A DNA stretch of 64,000 nt from Tubulanus polymorphus (lineage: Eukaryota > Animalia > Nemertea): the NCBI RefSeq assembly GCF_964204645.1, contig NC_134029.1:12240850-12304849 (forward strand), written 5' to 3'. A program made the translations under genes and the position numbers. The notes under the pieces are model-generated. The model had not been told where the DNA came from, ran no database searches, and saw only the letters and a program-made list of their open reading frames with translations. Shown in pieces: positions 23,224 through 37,255 of the stretch. Within the stretch, counting starts at the first letter, position 1; each line of letters starts with the position of its first letter.

Positions 23224-26184
23224 TTGCGGTTCCTGAACTTCACTGAAAAAGCTGCAACACTGAAACGCTTTAAAGAAAATGCTGAAATTTCAGGGAATTC
23301 TCGAAAAATGCTGAAACCGTGCTAGGAACTGACAATACAGGTTTGAAAATTTTTCCGGTGTCTGCTGCCGAGTCCTAAACCGTGCTTTAGTCTTTACCGA
23401 ATTTTCGGTTATAGAGACCTTTGGCTCCGCTCAACACTTTCAACTGGCATCAGACCACAATAAGGTTGGTACCTCCAGGATGCATAGGGCCGTACCCAAA
23501 AAATAGTACCTAGACTGAAGAAGAGGTCCTCCATAAATGTTGCCATAATTTCTGCAAATGGGATAGGTAACGAATTTCAGTTATATTTATGAAATCCATT
23601 AGTCCTGAGAGACAGATTGATGATGAAAGAAGGGATTTTCTGGACCTTTTTTCCTTGGAATAAGGGTACCAAACACAGTGGGGCATTCCCTTCTATATTC
23701 GGCTTGGATATACTGGCATACCTGTACTGGGATACCCCTCCTTTTCCACTTCAATGCTTAGCTAAGATGCTGGCCTATGAGCCATAAGCAGGATTTCCCC
23801 TGAATTTACGCACTTATATATGAACTAAACTCTCGAATTTCATGTTTTTACTATAGGATATAGAAGATTTTGGAATAGTGGAATGAACTCAACTTTTGAA
23901 TCAGGAGGAACAATCGTTCAGGACACACTGCATAACATGATACCTACCATACTAGCCAAAATTAGTTCATCAGTTCCAAAAACTACCATCATGCTTCCCC
24001 AAAATGGAAAATTAAACAGTTAATATTTCTTTTTCATTTATTTATATTTCATTTATCTGTGCATCATGATATAAATTGTTGTTATCGTTTTATGTGCATG
24101 TACCTGCATGAGTTATCACTTCCAGTTCATAAGCTTTCCAGCGATGTATGATATGTGAAGATTAACGTCCGGGAACCGCCTCAACTCATCGTTTTTAGTC
24201 GGGAATCGACTACTCCAAGACGTCCTAGTAATTCCGGCTTTGGCTATTTTGACTCGTTTTTTCGAATTTGAGTCGTGATTTCTCGGGTGTCTCTTATCCG
24301 ATTTTGTCGCGGAAGGTCTCAAACGAAAAAGTAACCTCTTAGGAATGAAACGAAACCAATTTCGAGCGAATCGGTCGATGGGTTACGAAGTTATGAGCGA
24401 TTGAAATGAGAAGGTCAATTCTAGTATGTCAAAATGTTAGCTCCCTTTTCTTTTTTTATAGGTGGTACCTAGGATACTGGGTCAAATCTTTGATTTTGGA
24501 CCCCCAGCTATCGTAACGAGCCCCTGTGCTTAAAAGCTAAGTGATATTCCGAGGTAACCAAGGGATTAATAGAATATGAAGCAATGGAACCAGAATTCAA
24601 GCCCAAGCTAAGCGAATCTGTGGCTTTCACGCTTGATTCTGATAAAATATAGAATTATTTTCTTTTGTGTACTCTTGCAGAATGTATAATGTATATTTTA
24701 AGAGGTTAATTGATATAGTTAGATTAACGTTCAATTATTGGATCTTTGTTGTTGACTCGATTAATTTTGATGGTTTCGAGTTCCAGTTAATCCACAATGT
24801 GCAGTGCCTAGCCTTCATCTACACCAAAGCCGAGCCATGTGTGTGGGAAAATTTTGTTCGACTCATAGGCCAGACAAATCAGGCATGACTGCAGATGGAA
24901 TTCTCCAGCAAGTTGAGAAAGTTAACCAAGTTATGACCTCTACCCAGGGCCGACCCTTTGAGACTCCTCCTTGTAGAAATGTTATTTAAATTATTTTGAA
25001 TTTAATTAAGAATTTCAATGACACTGAAAATAAAATCAAATAATTGAAGTTCGATGCTAACACTTAATTTCGGTTATCAGGTTCAGCCTAACCACTTTCA
25101 TTCTTGTATGAAACGTGGAAATGAGAAATTGCAAGGAATTACCAAACAATAAGAATTAATATTGAGAATTAGAATTACTGTAATTAACTCATTGCCTGCC
25201 AAAAACTGGTACGATCGATATCTCCCATCACTTGCCTGCCAACACCGTACTGGTACGGTTGACTTGTTTCTTAATTTTAACGATAGATTGCGAATTCATC
25301 GCACAACACCAGTTAGTTTAATGCCTTTACTACTAAAACAAACTATCATCAGTCGTTCAATGCAGTGTGTTAGTGACGTCATCTATTGAAATGGGGTCTG
25401 AACACGCATGAATGGGCATATTTTATGCAAAATACCCCCTCTGCACTAGTGATTGCTGCAAGTTTTATCACTTATAGGAGAAGTGCTGCTTATTTTACAT
25501 GAAAAAGCAAGACCAGATGAACAAAATAAAACAAATTCGATGATATCTCTTTTAGCTTTTGTTTTATGAATCTCTGAAAAACATGGAAATCCTGGCAGCA
25601 TTTCCTGAAAAATAGGCCTGGCAGCCAAAGATCAATTCCATGCGTACGAGGAATTAAAAAAAATTAAGTAAGATCTCTTGAGTCCAAAAACCGCATTATC
25701 ATTATAACTAGCTATCAAATTTAAGTTACCTCCAGTCTCCAACAGAGAATTCCACAGTCGCCCAGTCATGCATGACGTGTTGAAAAAAGAAGGGTGGCTA
25801 CCATAATCATATTTCATATACATTTGAAATGTTCAAATAAGATTTTTCGTCTTGTAGAAGTAAAACACATTGTTGGAATATTCAGCATAGTGTTTAAAGT
25901 TGGCTTGTACAGTTGTGAATGGGTTTACATAGGTTTTCATACTCCACACACACTGTTCATGGATGTCTCTATAACCAAAAATTAGGTAGAGACTAAAGCA
26001 CGGTTCAGGACTCGGCAGCGGCCCCGGCCTGGAAAAAAGTTCAAAACGTGTATTGTCAGTTCCTAACACGATTTCAGCGTTTTTCGGGAATTCCCTGAAA
26101 TTTCAGTGTTTTTCGCGAATTCCCTGAAATTTCAGCGTTCTTTTTTCAGCGTTTCAGCTCTTTCAGCGAAGTTCTGGAACTGGG
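23224..26184. mobile_element. Non-autonomous DNA transposon with ~200-bp TIRs, TTAA-flanked (piggyBac-like)
   Basis: 23224-23418 is an imperfect inverted copy of 25965-26184 (GCTGAAATTTCAGGGAATT repeats); TTAA at 23220-23223 and 26185-26188. Confidence 0.7.
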
Positions 26185-26189
26185 TTAAT

Positions 26190-27480
26190 TGAGGTAAAAA
26201 GCAGAAAGGTGTTAGCTCGTCCATCCGAGTTGAGGGACTTAGGCCTAGAGGGAGGGTGTTTCTGGACCTAGACTTTTCGGGAGACTGGTAAGAATCAATA
26301 TATGCAGAGGGGCCAAAATGGGCAAAGACAGCTTTTCGAAAAGCTGAGGTTTGTTTGGAGTCTCCCATAATGTCTCAGATGGAACGCCATCTGTCCCAAA
26401 GTACCCTTCGTTGGAAATACTTAGAGATGGCACTTTCAACACAATTGTGATTCACCAGACAAGCATCAAGGTCAGGAAGTATTTTGATGAGCTTATGGAG
26501 GGTCTTGTGGCGGTTTATTTACATGTTAGATTGGCTGCATTTTGTAGGTGGAGCTAGGTCTGTGTCATCCCCATGTCGTATATACAATGAGACTGAGGTC
26601 CCTGCCAAATATGAATGCTCTATGGTTCTTGGGTTCCCTTCAATCGACCATGGCATTTTTAAACAACAGTGAAATAAGTCCTGAGCCACAGAAGGCGACA
26701 GCATCTGCATTCCCGGCTTATGCCATGCTGGCTCCCTTGGGCTAGACTGGTATCCTTATTAACGTTTGCCTGTTGTATAGTTGATATCATCCGTTGTTGG
26801 CTTTTAGGCGCTAGTGAGTTGAAGGTACAGTCTAGCCCTCAGGTCATGTTTTACTTTGACGATCTAAGGTGATGATTCCCCCCTATTACCGTTGTTCTGC
26901 AGTTCTCTGGATGATGAGAAGGTTCTTCGGAAAACGATTTATGGGGATTCATACATTAACGCTTAACCTCCCACTTGAAGAAACCCTTACACTTACCGGT
27001 ACATTCTCGAGTCATGGTTTCATTCAGAGGTGACTCAATTTTGTGCGTGATTGTTTGTAGATCAGTCCACTAGTCCTAGTTTCAATGAAATGAAACAGTC
27101 AAAGGTTTCTAGTAATGATTTTGGAAAGCATTGATATGCATCACAAGAGAGTGGTGACGCGATATGGGACAGCATTTCTTTGAGTTGATGTCCATGTGTC
27201 CCTCATAGTGGGTACCATGGAGTGATGATGACAGATTCGTTTTTTAAGTGTTTGCGTGTATGTTTCATTAGTTATATTCTTCAGTTTGCTCCTCCTTTCA
27301 GTCAGTTTTTTAGTTGGGAGGTTAGGGTTTTATGGGGTTGGGAATTATTTGTCTGATTGGGGATTATCATATGTGGTAGGGGTAGGGAGTGGGGGCTTTG
27401 ATCAGGTGGTACTGACCAAGGTTGTTTTCTATTGCTCCCCATCCTCCAAATACCGCAGAGCTGAGAACACTGACCAGTGT
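26190..27480 (-). mobile_element. Probable highly decayed LINE fragment
   Basis: Coding-like composition and weak similarity to LINE ORF2 C-terminal sequence; no clean motif. Confidence 0.3.
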
Positions 27481-28709
27481 GAATAATATACTATTCATGT
27501 GTGTTCAGCATAGCGATCAGTCTTCGTTTGTATCTTGAGTAGTGCATGTGGTTTGAGTTCGTGTGGGTCACCAGTGGATTCTAGTTGAAATATTCTATGT
27601 ACTCCAAATACGGCGGAGTGTGAACAATACACTATACGTCTTGTTTGGTGCAAGTCCATTTTCATAGCCATTCAAAAACACAACAGTGCTCAGCCATACA
27701 TGGCGTATCAATGCATTCTGAAGCAAACATCCAGATCTATCTAACTAAACCCAAAAAGATTAATTTCAAATATAACTAATGAATAAATAATCTGAAAGAT
27801 TTTGGTAATACATTTTACGTGACACCCTATACTATACCCAGTTACTGGTTACCCCTTCGGATACAAAGTCGCTAAGACAAAGTCGGTAAGACAAAGTCGG
27901 CATGAAGCGACATGACGCGGCACGGTGCGGATGTTACCGGAGAGTAAAAATTAGGATATTTTAGGAAAATTGGCAAAAAAGGCTAAAATTCTACGGAATT
28001 TTAGGGAGGCACTAAAAAAATTAGGAATTTTAGGGCTGTTTGCATGCCTGGCTACAATTTCAATTGCAATCCCCATTAAAAATCAACGAATTTTAAAAAA
28101 GCAGACATTTTGGACTCCTGCGCAAATTTCGTATGCATTTAGTGCAGAATATAGGCCCCCCTGCACACGAGTCGAAAAATGTTCTCAGCAAAGGAAGCTG
28201 AGGCAAGCGTTTAGGTATTATACTACCATATTTTCTACATATCTTCACCGTTTACACGTGACTTTGTATTGTCCTTGTCTAATTTATTTGAATGTTCAGA
28301 AATTTTTCTTTTCTTGTTACATCTACATAGGATTGAGAGTCTTGCAGGGGAAAATTATAATTTTGATAATTCAAATAACCCCATATCATACAGAATGTGA
28401 TATTCATGAAATAAATAAACATTTTTCTGATCTGGATTCAAAATACTAGCCGCTATCGTCAGAATTTTAGAAGTGACGCATGTGCATTGACAATGAATGC
28501 AGCGCAAAATGCGCTGAATTGCCCGCACACTAGAGCGTACTTCAGGCTGCGTCCAAAAATATCAACAGATCCTGCAATACAAATTACATGGAGTTTCAGG
28601 CCTGATTATTTTGGACAGTATACATATTTTAGGAATTAAAGGGCAAATACCATCAAAATTGTACTCCCCGCGATTTCTTAACCAGAAGAAACTTTAGTTT
28701 CAATAAGTC

Positions 28710-30808
28710 ACACCATACTCACTTGGGTAGTGGTTTCAAATGCTCAACAATCTAAAAATTTCAATACATAACGCCCCCTAGTGACCATATACAAAAACCA
28801 ATGACCTTGAAACCCACCACAATCATAGAACATGTCAGCAGCTATGATATTGTAATTGATTGTGATAACAAAATACGCCTCGTTACCAATTTAATATGGA
28901 AATACTAAGTTATTCTACTATTCAACGCACCCTAGTGACCATATGCAAAACCCAATGACCTTAAAACTCACCACAATCGTAGTAAATGTCATGAAATACA
29001 ACTTTGTAATTAATCATGGTAACAAAATATGCCTAGGTACCAATCTAATAAGGAAATACTAAGCTATTCTACTATTCAATGCCCCCTGGTGACTGTGCGG
29101 AATAACTAATGTCCTTAAAAACTCACCACAATCATAGACGATGTCATGAACTACAACTTTGCCATTGATCATGGTAACAAAATATGCCTTGGTACAAATA
29201 TAATATAGCGATACTAAGTTATTGTATTATTCAACGCCCCCTGATGGCCACATACAAAAACCAATGACCTTGAAACTCACCAAAATCATAGAACACGTTA
29301 TGGGCTACAACTTTCCAATTGAATATAGTAACACAATATGCTTAGGTATCAATTAATTGTGGAAAAACTTTTTCCCACCTACGAATGAGTACTGATGACA
29401 CCAAGATGGCTGCCAATTGCGTCATAATTGGCTGATCAAAAATACCTGTCCCAGGTATAAAACATCCCTCTCTAAAGAATATCCATCAGCAATTGCAATG
29501 AGAAATGGCAAACCAGTAGGAAACTACAGGACCTAGAATTCTGGCCAAAATTGACATTTTAGGGCACTAAAAAGGTCATAGGACGGCCATCTTGAGCCAG
29601 ATCGACTCAATTTTCTTATGCTGATGGGCCTTTGGTAGATTCAAACGAAAGATCAAGGTAATTGATCAAAGCGTCTTCAAAATTTCCCACGAAAACTTCG
29701 AAAATGTTAAAAAAGTGCTGATTTTGGCAAACAACAATGGCTGCCAGTCGGCCATCTTGAATCTGACAGGGCCAGTTTTTGGGCTGACGATGTGTCTAGG
29801 GTAGATACATGTATAAACCAAATATCAAGACATTACCTTGAAGCGTCTTCAAAACTTTAATATGGAAATACTAAGTTATTCTACTATTCAACGCCCCCTG
29901 GTGACCATATGCAAAACCCAATGACCTTAAAACTCACCACAATCGTAGTACATGTCATGAAATACAACTTTGCAATTGATCATAGTAACAAAGTATGCCT
30001 AGGTACCAATCTGATAAGGAAATACTAAGCCATTCTACTATTCAGCGCCCCCTGGTGACTATATGGAATAACTAATGACCTTAAAAACTCACCACAATCA
30101 TAGACGATGTCATGAACTACAACTTTGCAATGGATCATGGTAACAAACTATGCCTAGGTACATATCTAATAAGGAAAAACTAAGCTTTTCTACTATTCAA
30201 CGCCCCCTGGTGACTATATGGAATAACTAATGTCCTTAAAAACTCACCACAATCATAGACGATGTCATGAACTACAACTTTGCCATTGATCATAGTAACA
30301 AAATATGCCTTGGTACAAATATAATATAGCGATACTAGGTTATTTATTGTATTATTCAACGCCCCCTGATGGCCACATACAAAAACCAATGACCTTGAAA
30401 CTCACCAAAATCATAGAACACGTAATGGGCTACAACTTTCCAATTGAATATAGTAACACAATATGCTTAGGTATCAATTAATTGTGGAAAAACTTTTTCC
30501 CACCTACGAATGAGCACTGATGACACCAAGATGGCCGCCAATTGCGTCATAATTGGCTGATCAAAAATACCTGTCCCAGGTATAAAACATCCCTTTCTAA
30601 AGAATATCCATCAGCAATTGCAATGGGAAATGGCAAACCAGTAGGAAGCTACAGGACATAGAATTCTGGCCAAAATTGACATTTTTGGGCACTAAAAAGG
30701 TCATAGGACGGCCATCTTGAGTCAGATCGACCCAATTTTCTTATGCTGATGGGCCTTTGGTAGATTCAAATATAAACGAAATATCAAGGTAATTGATCAA
30801 AGCGTCTT
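28710..30808 (+). mobile_element. HINE-like family A with internal tandem core repeats and ~1-kb internal duplication
   Basis: Repeated ~150-bp units (CCCCCTGGTGACCATA...AAACTCACCACAATC); 28880-29857 is largely repeated at 29860-30808. Confidence 0.8.
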
Positions 30809-30827
30809 TTCTTCGTCAAATTTTCTT

Positions 30828-32100
30828 CGGGCGACAAAACCAAAATAATGAATTGTCGCGGGCCTCAAAACCAAAAGAAGAATTGTCGCGGGCAACAAAA
30901 CCAAAATAATGAATTGTCCCTGGAGATAAAACCAAAGTAATGAATTGTCGTGGGCGATAAAACCAATATATTGAATTGTCGCGGGCGACAAAACCAAAAA
31001 AAGAATTGTGGGGGCAACAAAACCAAAATAATGAATTGTCGCGGGCGATAAAACCAAAATGATGAATTGTCTTGGGCGACAAAACCAAAATAATGAATTG
31101 TCGCGGGCAATAAAACCAAAATAATGAATTATCGCGGGCGATAAAACCAAAATATTGAATTGTCGCGGGCGATTAAACCAAAATAATGAATTGTCGCGGG
31201 CGACAAAACCAAAATATTGAATTGTCGCGGGCGACAAAACCAAAAAAAAATTGTCGCGGGCGACAAAACCAAAATAATGAATCGTCACTGGGGATAAAAC
31301 CAAAGTAATGAATTGTCGCAGGCGACACAACCAAAATATTGAATTGTCATGGGCGACAAAACCAAAATATTGAATTGTCGCGGCGATACAACCAAAATAT
31401 TGAATTGTCGCGGGCGCTTAAACCAAAATAATGAATTGTCGCGGGCGACAAAACCAAAATATTGAATTGTCGCAGGCGACAAAACCAAAAAAAAAATTGT
31501 CGCGGGCGACTAAAACAAAATATAAAACCAAAATAATTAATTGTCGCGGGCGACAAAACCAAAAAGAAGAATTGTCGCGGGCGACAAAACCAAAATAATG
31601 AATTGTCGCTGGAGATAAAACCAAAGAATTGAATTGTTGTGGGCGATAAAACCAAAATATTGAATTGTCGCGGAGGACAAAACCAAAATATTGAATTGTC
31701 GCGGGCGACAAAACCAAACTAATGAATTGTCGCGGGCGATAAAACCAAAATAATGAATTGTCGCGGGCGATAAAACCAAAATAATGAATTATCGCGGGCG
31801 ATAAAACCAAAATAATGAATTATCGCGGGCGATAAAACCAAAATATTGAATTGTCGCAGGCGATAAAACCAAAATATTGAATTGTTGCGGGCGACAAAAC
31901 CAAAAAAAAAATTGTCGCGGGCGACAAAAACAAAATATAAAACCAAAATAATGAATTGTCGCGGGCGACAAAACCAAAAAGAAGAATTGTCGCGGGCGAC
32001 AAAACCAAAATAATGAATTGTCGCGGGCGATAAAACCAAATATTGAATTGTTGCGTGTGACAAAACCGAAATAATGAATTGTCGCGGGCGACAAAATCAA
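30828..32100. repeat. ~30-bp minisatellite (about 40 units) with internal palindrome
   Basis: Unit AAAACCAAAATA(A/T)TGAATTGTCGCGGGCGA(C/T); accounts for all the overlapping ORFs here. Confidence 0.95.
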
Positions 32101-33209
32101 AATCATTGTTTTCTCGCATTATTTTAGTTTTATCGTTTTGTCGTAATGTCGCCCTCATTTGCATATTCGTGTTTTTTTATCTTATCAGCCACCATACTAA
32201 AGCCTTAAGGTCGCGTAAAACTCGATAAACACTTCAAGCGACACAGCGAACGATCTCCTTTCCCCCACAGCGAACGCTTACTCCGAATGTCAAGTGTGAG
32301 TCCAGCATACGGATAGGGGTGTGTTATATACTTGTATTTAGTAAATACCTTGTGCATTTGACAATGATCGGTATGTACTGTAGGAAATATAGAGTATTGA
32401 TAAATGGTTTAAGCCCGCGGCCGAATAAAGTAATATATTCTTTTATTTTGATACCTCGTCGACATAACAGCTTTTCTCCGTTATATCTCTTGTTTAGTTT
32501 AGGCCTACGACTCCCCGGTACACTTATGATTTATCTTAGTAAATACACGGTTAATTCGGTAAAGAAAAATAGGTATTGTTAAACTAACTCCTTGAAACCC
32601 GCAGCCAAATCACTGGTAGTAATAAATTAATTTGTACTCGATTTGATTCTCATGATGAGGAGAAACTCGCAGCTCATCCCCGGAACGTCGATGTAGTAAC
32701 ACACGTCGATTCGTCGATGCTTACGGCTCGACAGTGCTTTTAAAATCTAAAGTAGTAAATTTCCAGTGTATCGGTAATATGATTTGATGAGGAAAATGGG
32801 CTATTGTTAAAATCACTGTTTGAAGACCGCGACTGAATGTGAAGTCTGCGGCATTAAATTAGTTCATTTATACTTGAATTGATAATCGAAGTGACAGTCG
32901 GCCTGCGGGTTGATTTCGGGATGACGACTCGAAAAACATGTCGCCCCATTGAATGGGGCTAAATTTTCGATGTTTACAGCCCGACAGCGCTTTTGTAACG
33001 ATGATTCGTGAAAAAACACGCCGGCTATTTGTAGATCTCAGTGAGCTGAATGATATTATATGGATTGTATATGAAACAGCGGTAAGGTAACAAAGCCTAT
33101 GTTCTTTTGGTAAAAATAGTGTGGAAGAAAATAATAATAATAATAATCACGCGGATATCAATAGGGTTTTCTGTGAAATAACGAAGATAATAATGAAGAT
33201 CAGAGTAAG

Positions 33210-33503
33210 TGATCAAAGCGTCTTCAAAATTTCCCTCGAAAACTTCGAAAATGTGTAAAAAGTGCTGATTTTGGTGAAAAACAATGACTGCCAGTCAGCC
33301 ATCTTGAATCTGACAGGGCCAGTTTTTGGGCTGACGATGTGTCAAGGGTGGATACATGTATCGATAAACCAAATATCAAGACATTACCTTGAAGCGTCTT
33401 CAAAACTTCCCAAAATAACTCGATTTCGTCTACGGACGGATGGACGACGGATGAAAAGTGAACGCAATAGCCTGCTGGGACTAAAGTCCCAAGTGGGCTA
33501 AAA
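33210..33503 (+). mobile_element. HINE-like family A, displaced 3' end
   Basis: Continues the element broken at 30808; ends with GGGACTAAAGTCCC hairpin and GGGCTAAAAA. Confidence 0.8.
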
Positions 33504-34382
33504 AGGAGCATGAATTAGCCGTAATAGTTAGCGGAATAGTCATCTATTTATCCTTCACTCCGTGCGCATAGTTCAGATTCAACCCGCGGGTGGCGCTATT
33601 TATGATGATAACTATGACAACACAAGGACGTGTGGGCGCGGGTGGCGCTATTTATGATGATAACTATGACAACACAAGCACCTGTGCGCGCTAGTACGTA
33701 TAATCGATAAAATAAACACCATTTGTTCACTGACCTACAGCGCTTCTCACTTATATACGATTATCATGTCATATACAACGGTAGCAACACTATACAATGG
33801 TAAGAGTTTATTAATTTAAAACACTCCAAAACGACAAAATATCGCATGAAATGTCTCGTGAAATGATTGGAAGCTGTGTGCGTTTGTCAGAGATGACGTC
33901 GGAAACACGCACCTGCTAAGATAAACATTAACAGTGAGCCCTGCTGAAATTGCCGATTTAAAAGTCATAATTCTCAGTCATGGCTGAACTAAAATATAAA
34001 CCAGTTCCATATTTGATATTTGTGGATACATCACACTTGAAAATGAACTTTACACAATATTCTACTTTGATGGCACAAGTTTGAGTCAGTTCTGTTCTAT
34101 TTTGTGGAAAAACTTCATAGTTCGTTCGTTCTCTTGTTTTACGGGTCTGTATATTGTCTGCCTACCAGGAAACCTACGACAACTTACTCATCAGGTCCAA
34201 ATGGTGCGTCTTCCTTGTCCATCTGTCTCATCGATGATTTTCCTTTAACAACCATTGCCGAAAACTGTTCGTTCATTTACGAATGACTCTAAGACGTTTT
34301 TGTGTGGTGATCGGGATGTTGAAAAGTGCTTTTCAATAACCAAAATTGAATATCTTTTGATATATGAGTATTAAATACTAAC

Positions 34383-34545
34383 CATTTTTTTCATGAATTT
34401 GTACAAGCGACTTAAATGATTGTTGAGCTCGTGCTAAACTGTATTGACTCTTCGAAGCACCAAATTGTATCCGGGCCTTGCCTTTCACTAAGGTGGCAGA
34501 TATTTGGAATATGACAGATTCAAGGCTATACGCACTACTCCAGCC
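34383..34545 (-). CDS. UBE2Q: UBE2Q coding exon
   Basis: AG|[54 protein letters not shown](G)|GT, 163 nt. Confidence 0.97.
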
Positions 34546-34914
34546 CTGAAGTCAAAATAATATTATATTCGTAATTTATCAGAATATTTGAGCGCTTAGC
34601 ACAAATAGTTAATTTTAACAAAACATTTTTTAAGATATCAAGACCTTAAAGATCAACATATTGACGAAATAAACCTATTACAGGTCAAATGCCCTCTAAT
34701 TCCTTCTTTTCAAGATTAATTTTCCAAATGATACATAGGTATATAGATAATGACCTGGGATCAGCCTGAGAAAAAAAATCATTTCCTTTTGTCTTAAATC
34801 AGTATACTTCAACAACATGAATCATTCGACCTACATGTATCCTAGTTCTAAATGCAGTCACATGGCAGCACCACAATAATCAGGGATCCCAACACTAGTT
34901 ACCAAAAAAATCAG

Positions 34915-36360
34915 AAATCAATTTGACCTCATTCTGTCCTTGCAAAATACATTTACGGGCAGTCGACATTTTGGATCCATTGGTATTGATTTATTGAATA
35001 GTTTTGATTGATGATATGTATGCATCACGCACACATCAGTCTGATCATTACTGCTGTGCGCAAATCAATAGACCACGTGCACGCAGTAATGTATAGATGC
35101 TGCTCACTAGTGTGCGGCGCATGTATGAATGCTATCGTACATCGTTCCACTATTTTCTTATTCATATCATGTCAGCACGTGGTCACCTACAATACTGTAC
35201 TTCAGTACTCGGCACCGTATCGATTTTCTACATGTACGCTCAGGCTAGCCACGGCAAGTCGATTATTACGGAACTTGTGACCACAAGTGGCATAACCAAT
35301 CATAACCCCCTACCCCCTTTATTTCAACATAAAATGTTTATCGATCTGGGAGACCATGAAAAATTTTTTTAAAGTTGGAATTCCGATTAAAGTTGGAATT
35401 GGGATCTCTGAATAATGAATCATCTTTGCCAAACAACACAAACGAGCATGTGAACTCAGTACTCGTAACCCACCGTAGTTTCTGACCAAGGGAAGTTTAT
35501 TAGTCGAAAATACATGGATTGAAGTCACCCAATAAACAGAGGCCATTCATCAGAGATTTAATCACTAATTTGTCAATTGGTTTGTCTTGATTGACAACGT
35601 TCAGAGATGAGAACGAACAAAATTTTAGAAATAAAAAGCGTTTTCTGAAATCAATTTGACCCCATTCTGTCCCCGCGAGCGCCCAAAGCGCTAAGCCACA
35701 CTTCGCTATGAAGGTGCAAAGCCATTACTGGGGGTTTGGGAATTTTTGAAATTTGAGGCAATTTCCGGGCATCTCGGAAATTCTTGGGACCGGCATCTAG
35801 CAATCAAGTTAATATCAGTTTGATGTGGAAGCCATGTTTGATTTATAACAAATGAATCGAAGATTCTGATTGGTGGTTGAATTCTTTAAACAATTGAAAC
35901 GGGTTCAAATCCTTGAAGCAGCAGCTATTTTCTCGGCAGAAAGATTTTTCAATAGTTACAATTAATTTTATTCGAATATGAAAAAATACATTTACAGGAA
36001 GTCGACATTTTGGATCCGTTGGTATTGATTTATTGAATAGTTTCTTTTGTTTGATGATATGTAGGCATCATGTGCCTGTCTGATCACTAATACTCCCGTG
36101 CGCTAATCAATAGACCATGTGCACGCAGGTATATACTCTAGTGATCAGTAATGTATAGACGCTGCTCACTAGCGCGTGGCGCGTGTATGAATGCTATCGT
36201 TTAAACCACATGGTTCCACAATTTTCTTATTCATATCGTGTCAGCACCTGGCCGCCTACAATAGTAGCAGTACGCGGTACAGTATCAATTTTCTAGATGT
36301 ACGTAAAATCTTTTTTAAAGTCTGAATTCTGATTCAAGTCGAAGATTGGGATCCCTGATA
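34915..36360 (+). repeat. Diverged direct duplication (34915-~35410 vs 35648-~36360)
   Basis: Shared blocks such as AGTCGACATTTTGGATCC.TTGGTATTGATTTATTGAATAG and TGTATGAATGCTATCGT. Confidence 0.65.
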
Positions 36361-37025
36361 TGGTAGTAGATATAAAATCAGTGTTGCAATACCTGAATAC
36401 GCAATGAAAGCCCCCCTCTAGGCGGAAAATCTCATCTTCAGGAAGAATTCTCATCTCTCGACGTTAGAGGCAGACGATACGCAGCCAGCGATGTGTGAGA
36501 GTGCTGCGTACACTATCATCCATTAGAGGCTGTGATATAGACTCACTCAGGTAATTACTAATACACACAGCCATATATTAAACTATATACATTTTCAGGC
36601 AGCTGGTTGCTGACACGCGTATATACAAATGTATTAGCAAACACTTCTATTACGCTGACGCAAGCGTCTATACAGATGCATTATTACATTGCCCCTGTGA
36701 GGTGATGAAAGAAACAATGTAACAAAATAGTTCAAGAGATTATTGGTAGTAAATAATGATTTCAAATAAATATGGACCACTGTTCTCCGATTATGATTTG
36801 GGGTTTAAATCTGACGCCAGAAAGTCGGTGTTTTGGCTGGAAAATATGGTATATAAAATCCAAAAACCAACATCATCCCTTCACTATAATTAGGGCTAAG
36901 TTCATTGTTCACAATTCAATCTATTAGTTTAACATAGATTTACCACTCATGAACTCCATCAAAAGCTTTTTATTCTTTGTACTACAACACATGGGAATGG
37001 GTGTTTGACAGCAAATGCACATCAG

Positions 37026-37106
37026 GGGCGAGTTGCTCAAAAGTTGGTAAGAGTTAACTATCTATCCACCAGTCAATCTTTAACCCAACTTTTGAGCAAC
37101 TGGCCC
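37026..37106. mobile_element. 81-bp PIF/Harbinger-like MITE
   Basis: CAG|GGGCGAGTTGCTCAAAAGTTGG...CCAACTTTTGAGCAACTGGCCC|CAG. Confidence 0.75.
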
Positions 37107-37255
37107 CAGCTGTGTATGGACACCAGGTAAAAAGAACTCATATAATATCATCATATCATCATCTCTATTTTCCTTTACATTTTCAGTTACATATAATGTA
37201 AAAGCCTTGTTCCTTGGAATACACTAATAAACATCAATACCTATTTCAGTATCAG

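Noticed and set aside
30828-32100. CRISPR-like array of palindromic ~30-bp repeats
   Set aside because: Units are head-to-tail with only 4-6 variable bases; there are no unique spacers and no cas genes, and the context is a eukaryotic intron.
30797-32164. Many overlapping repetitive ORFs
   Set aside because: They are translations of the minisatellite in multiple frames.
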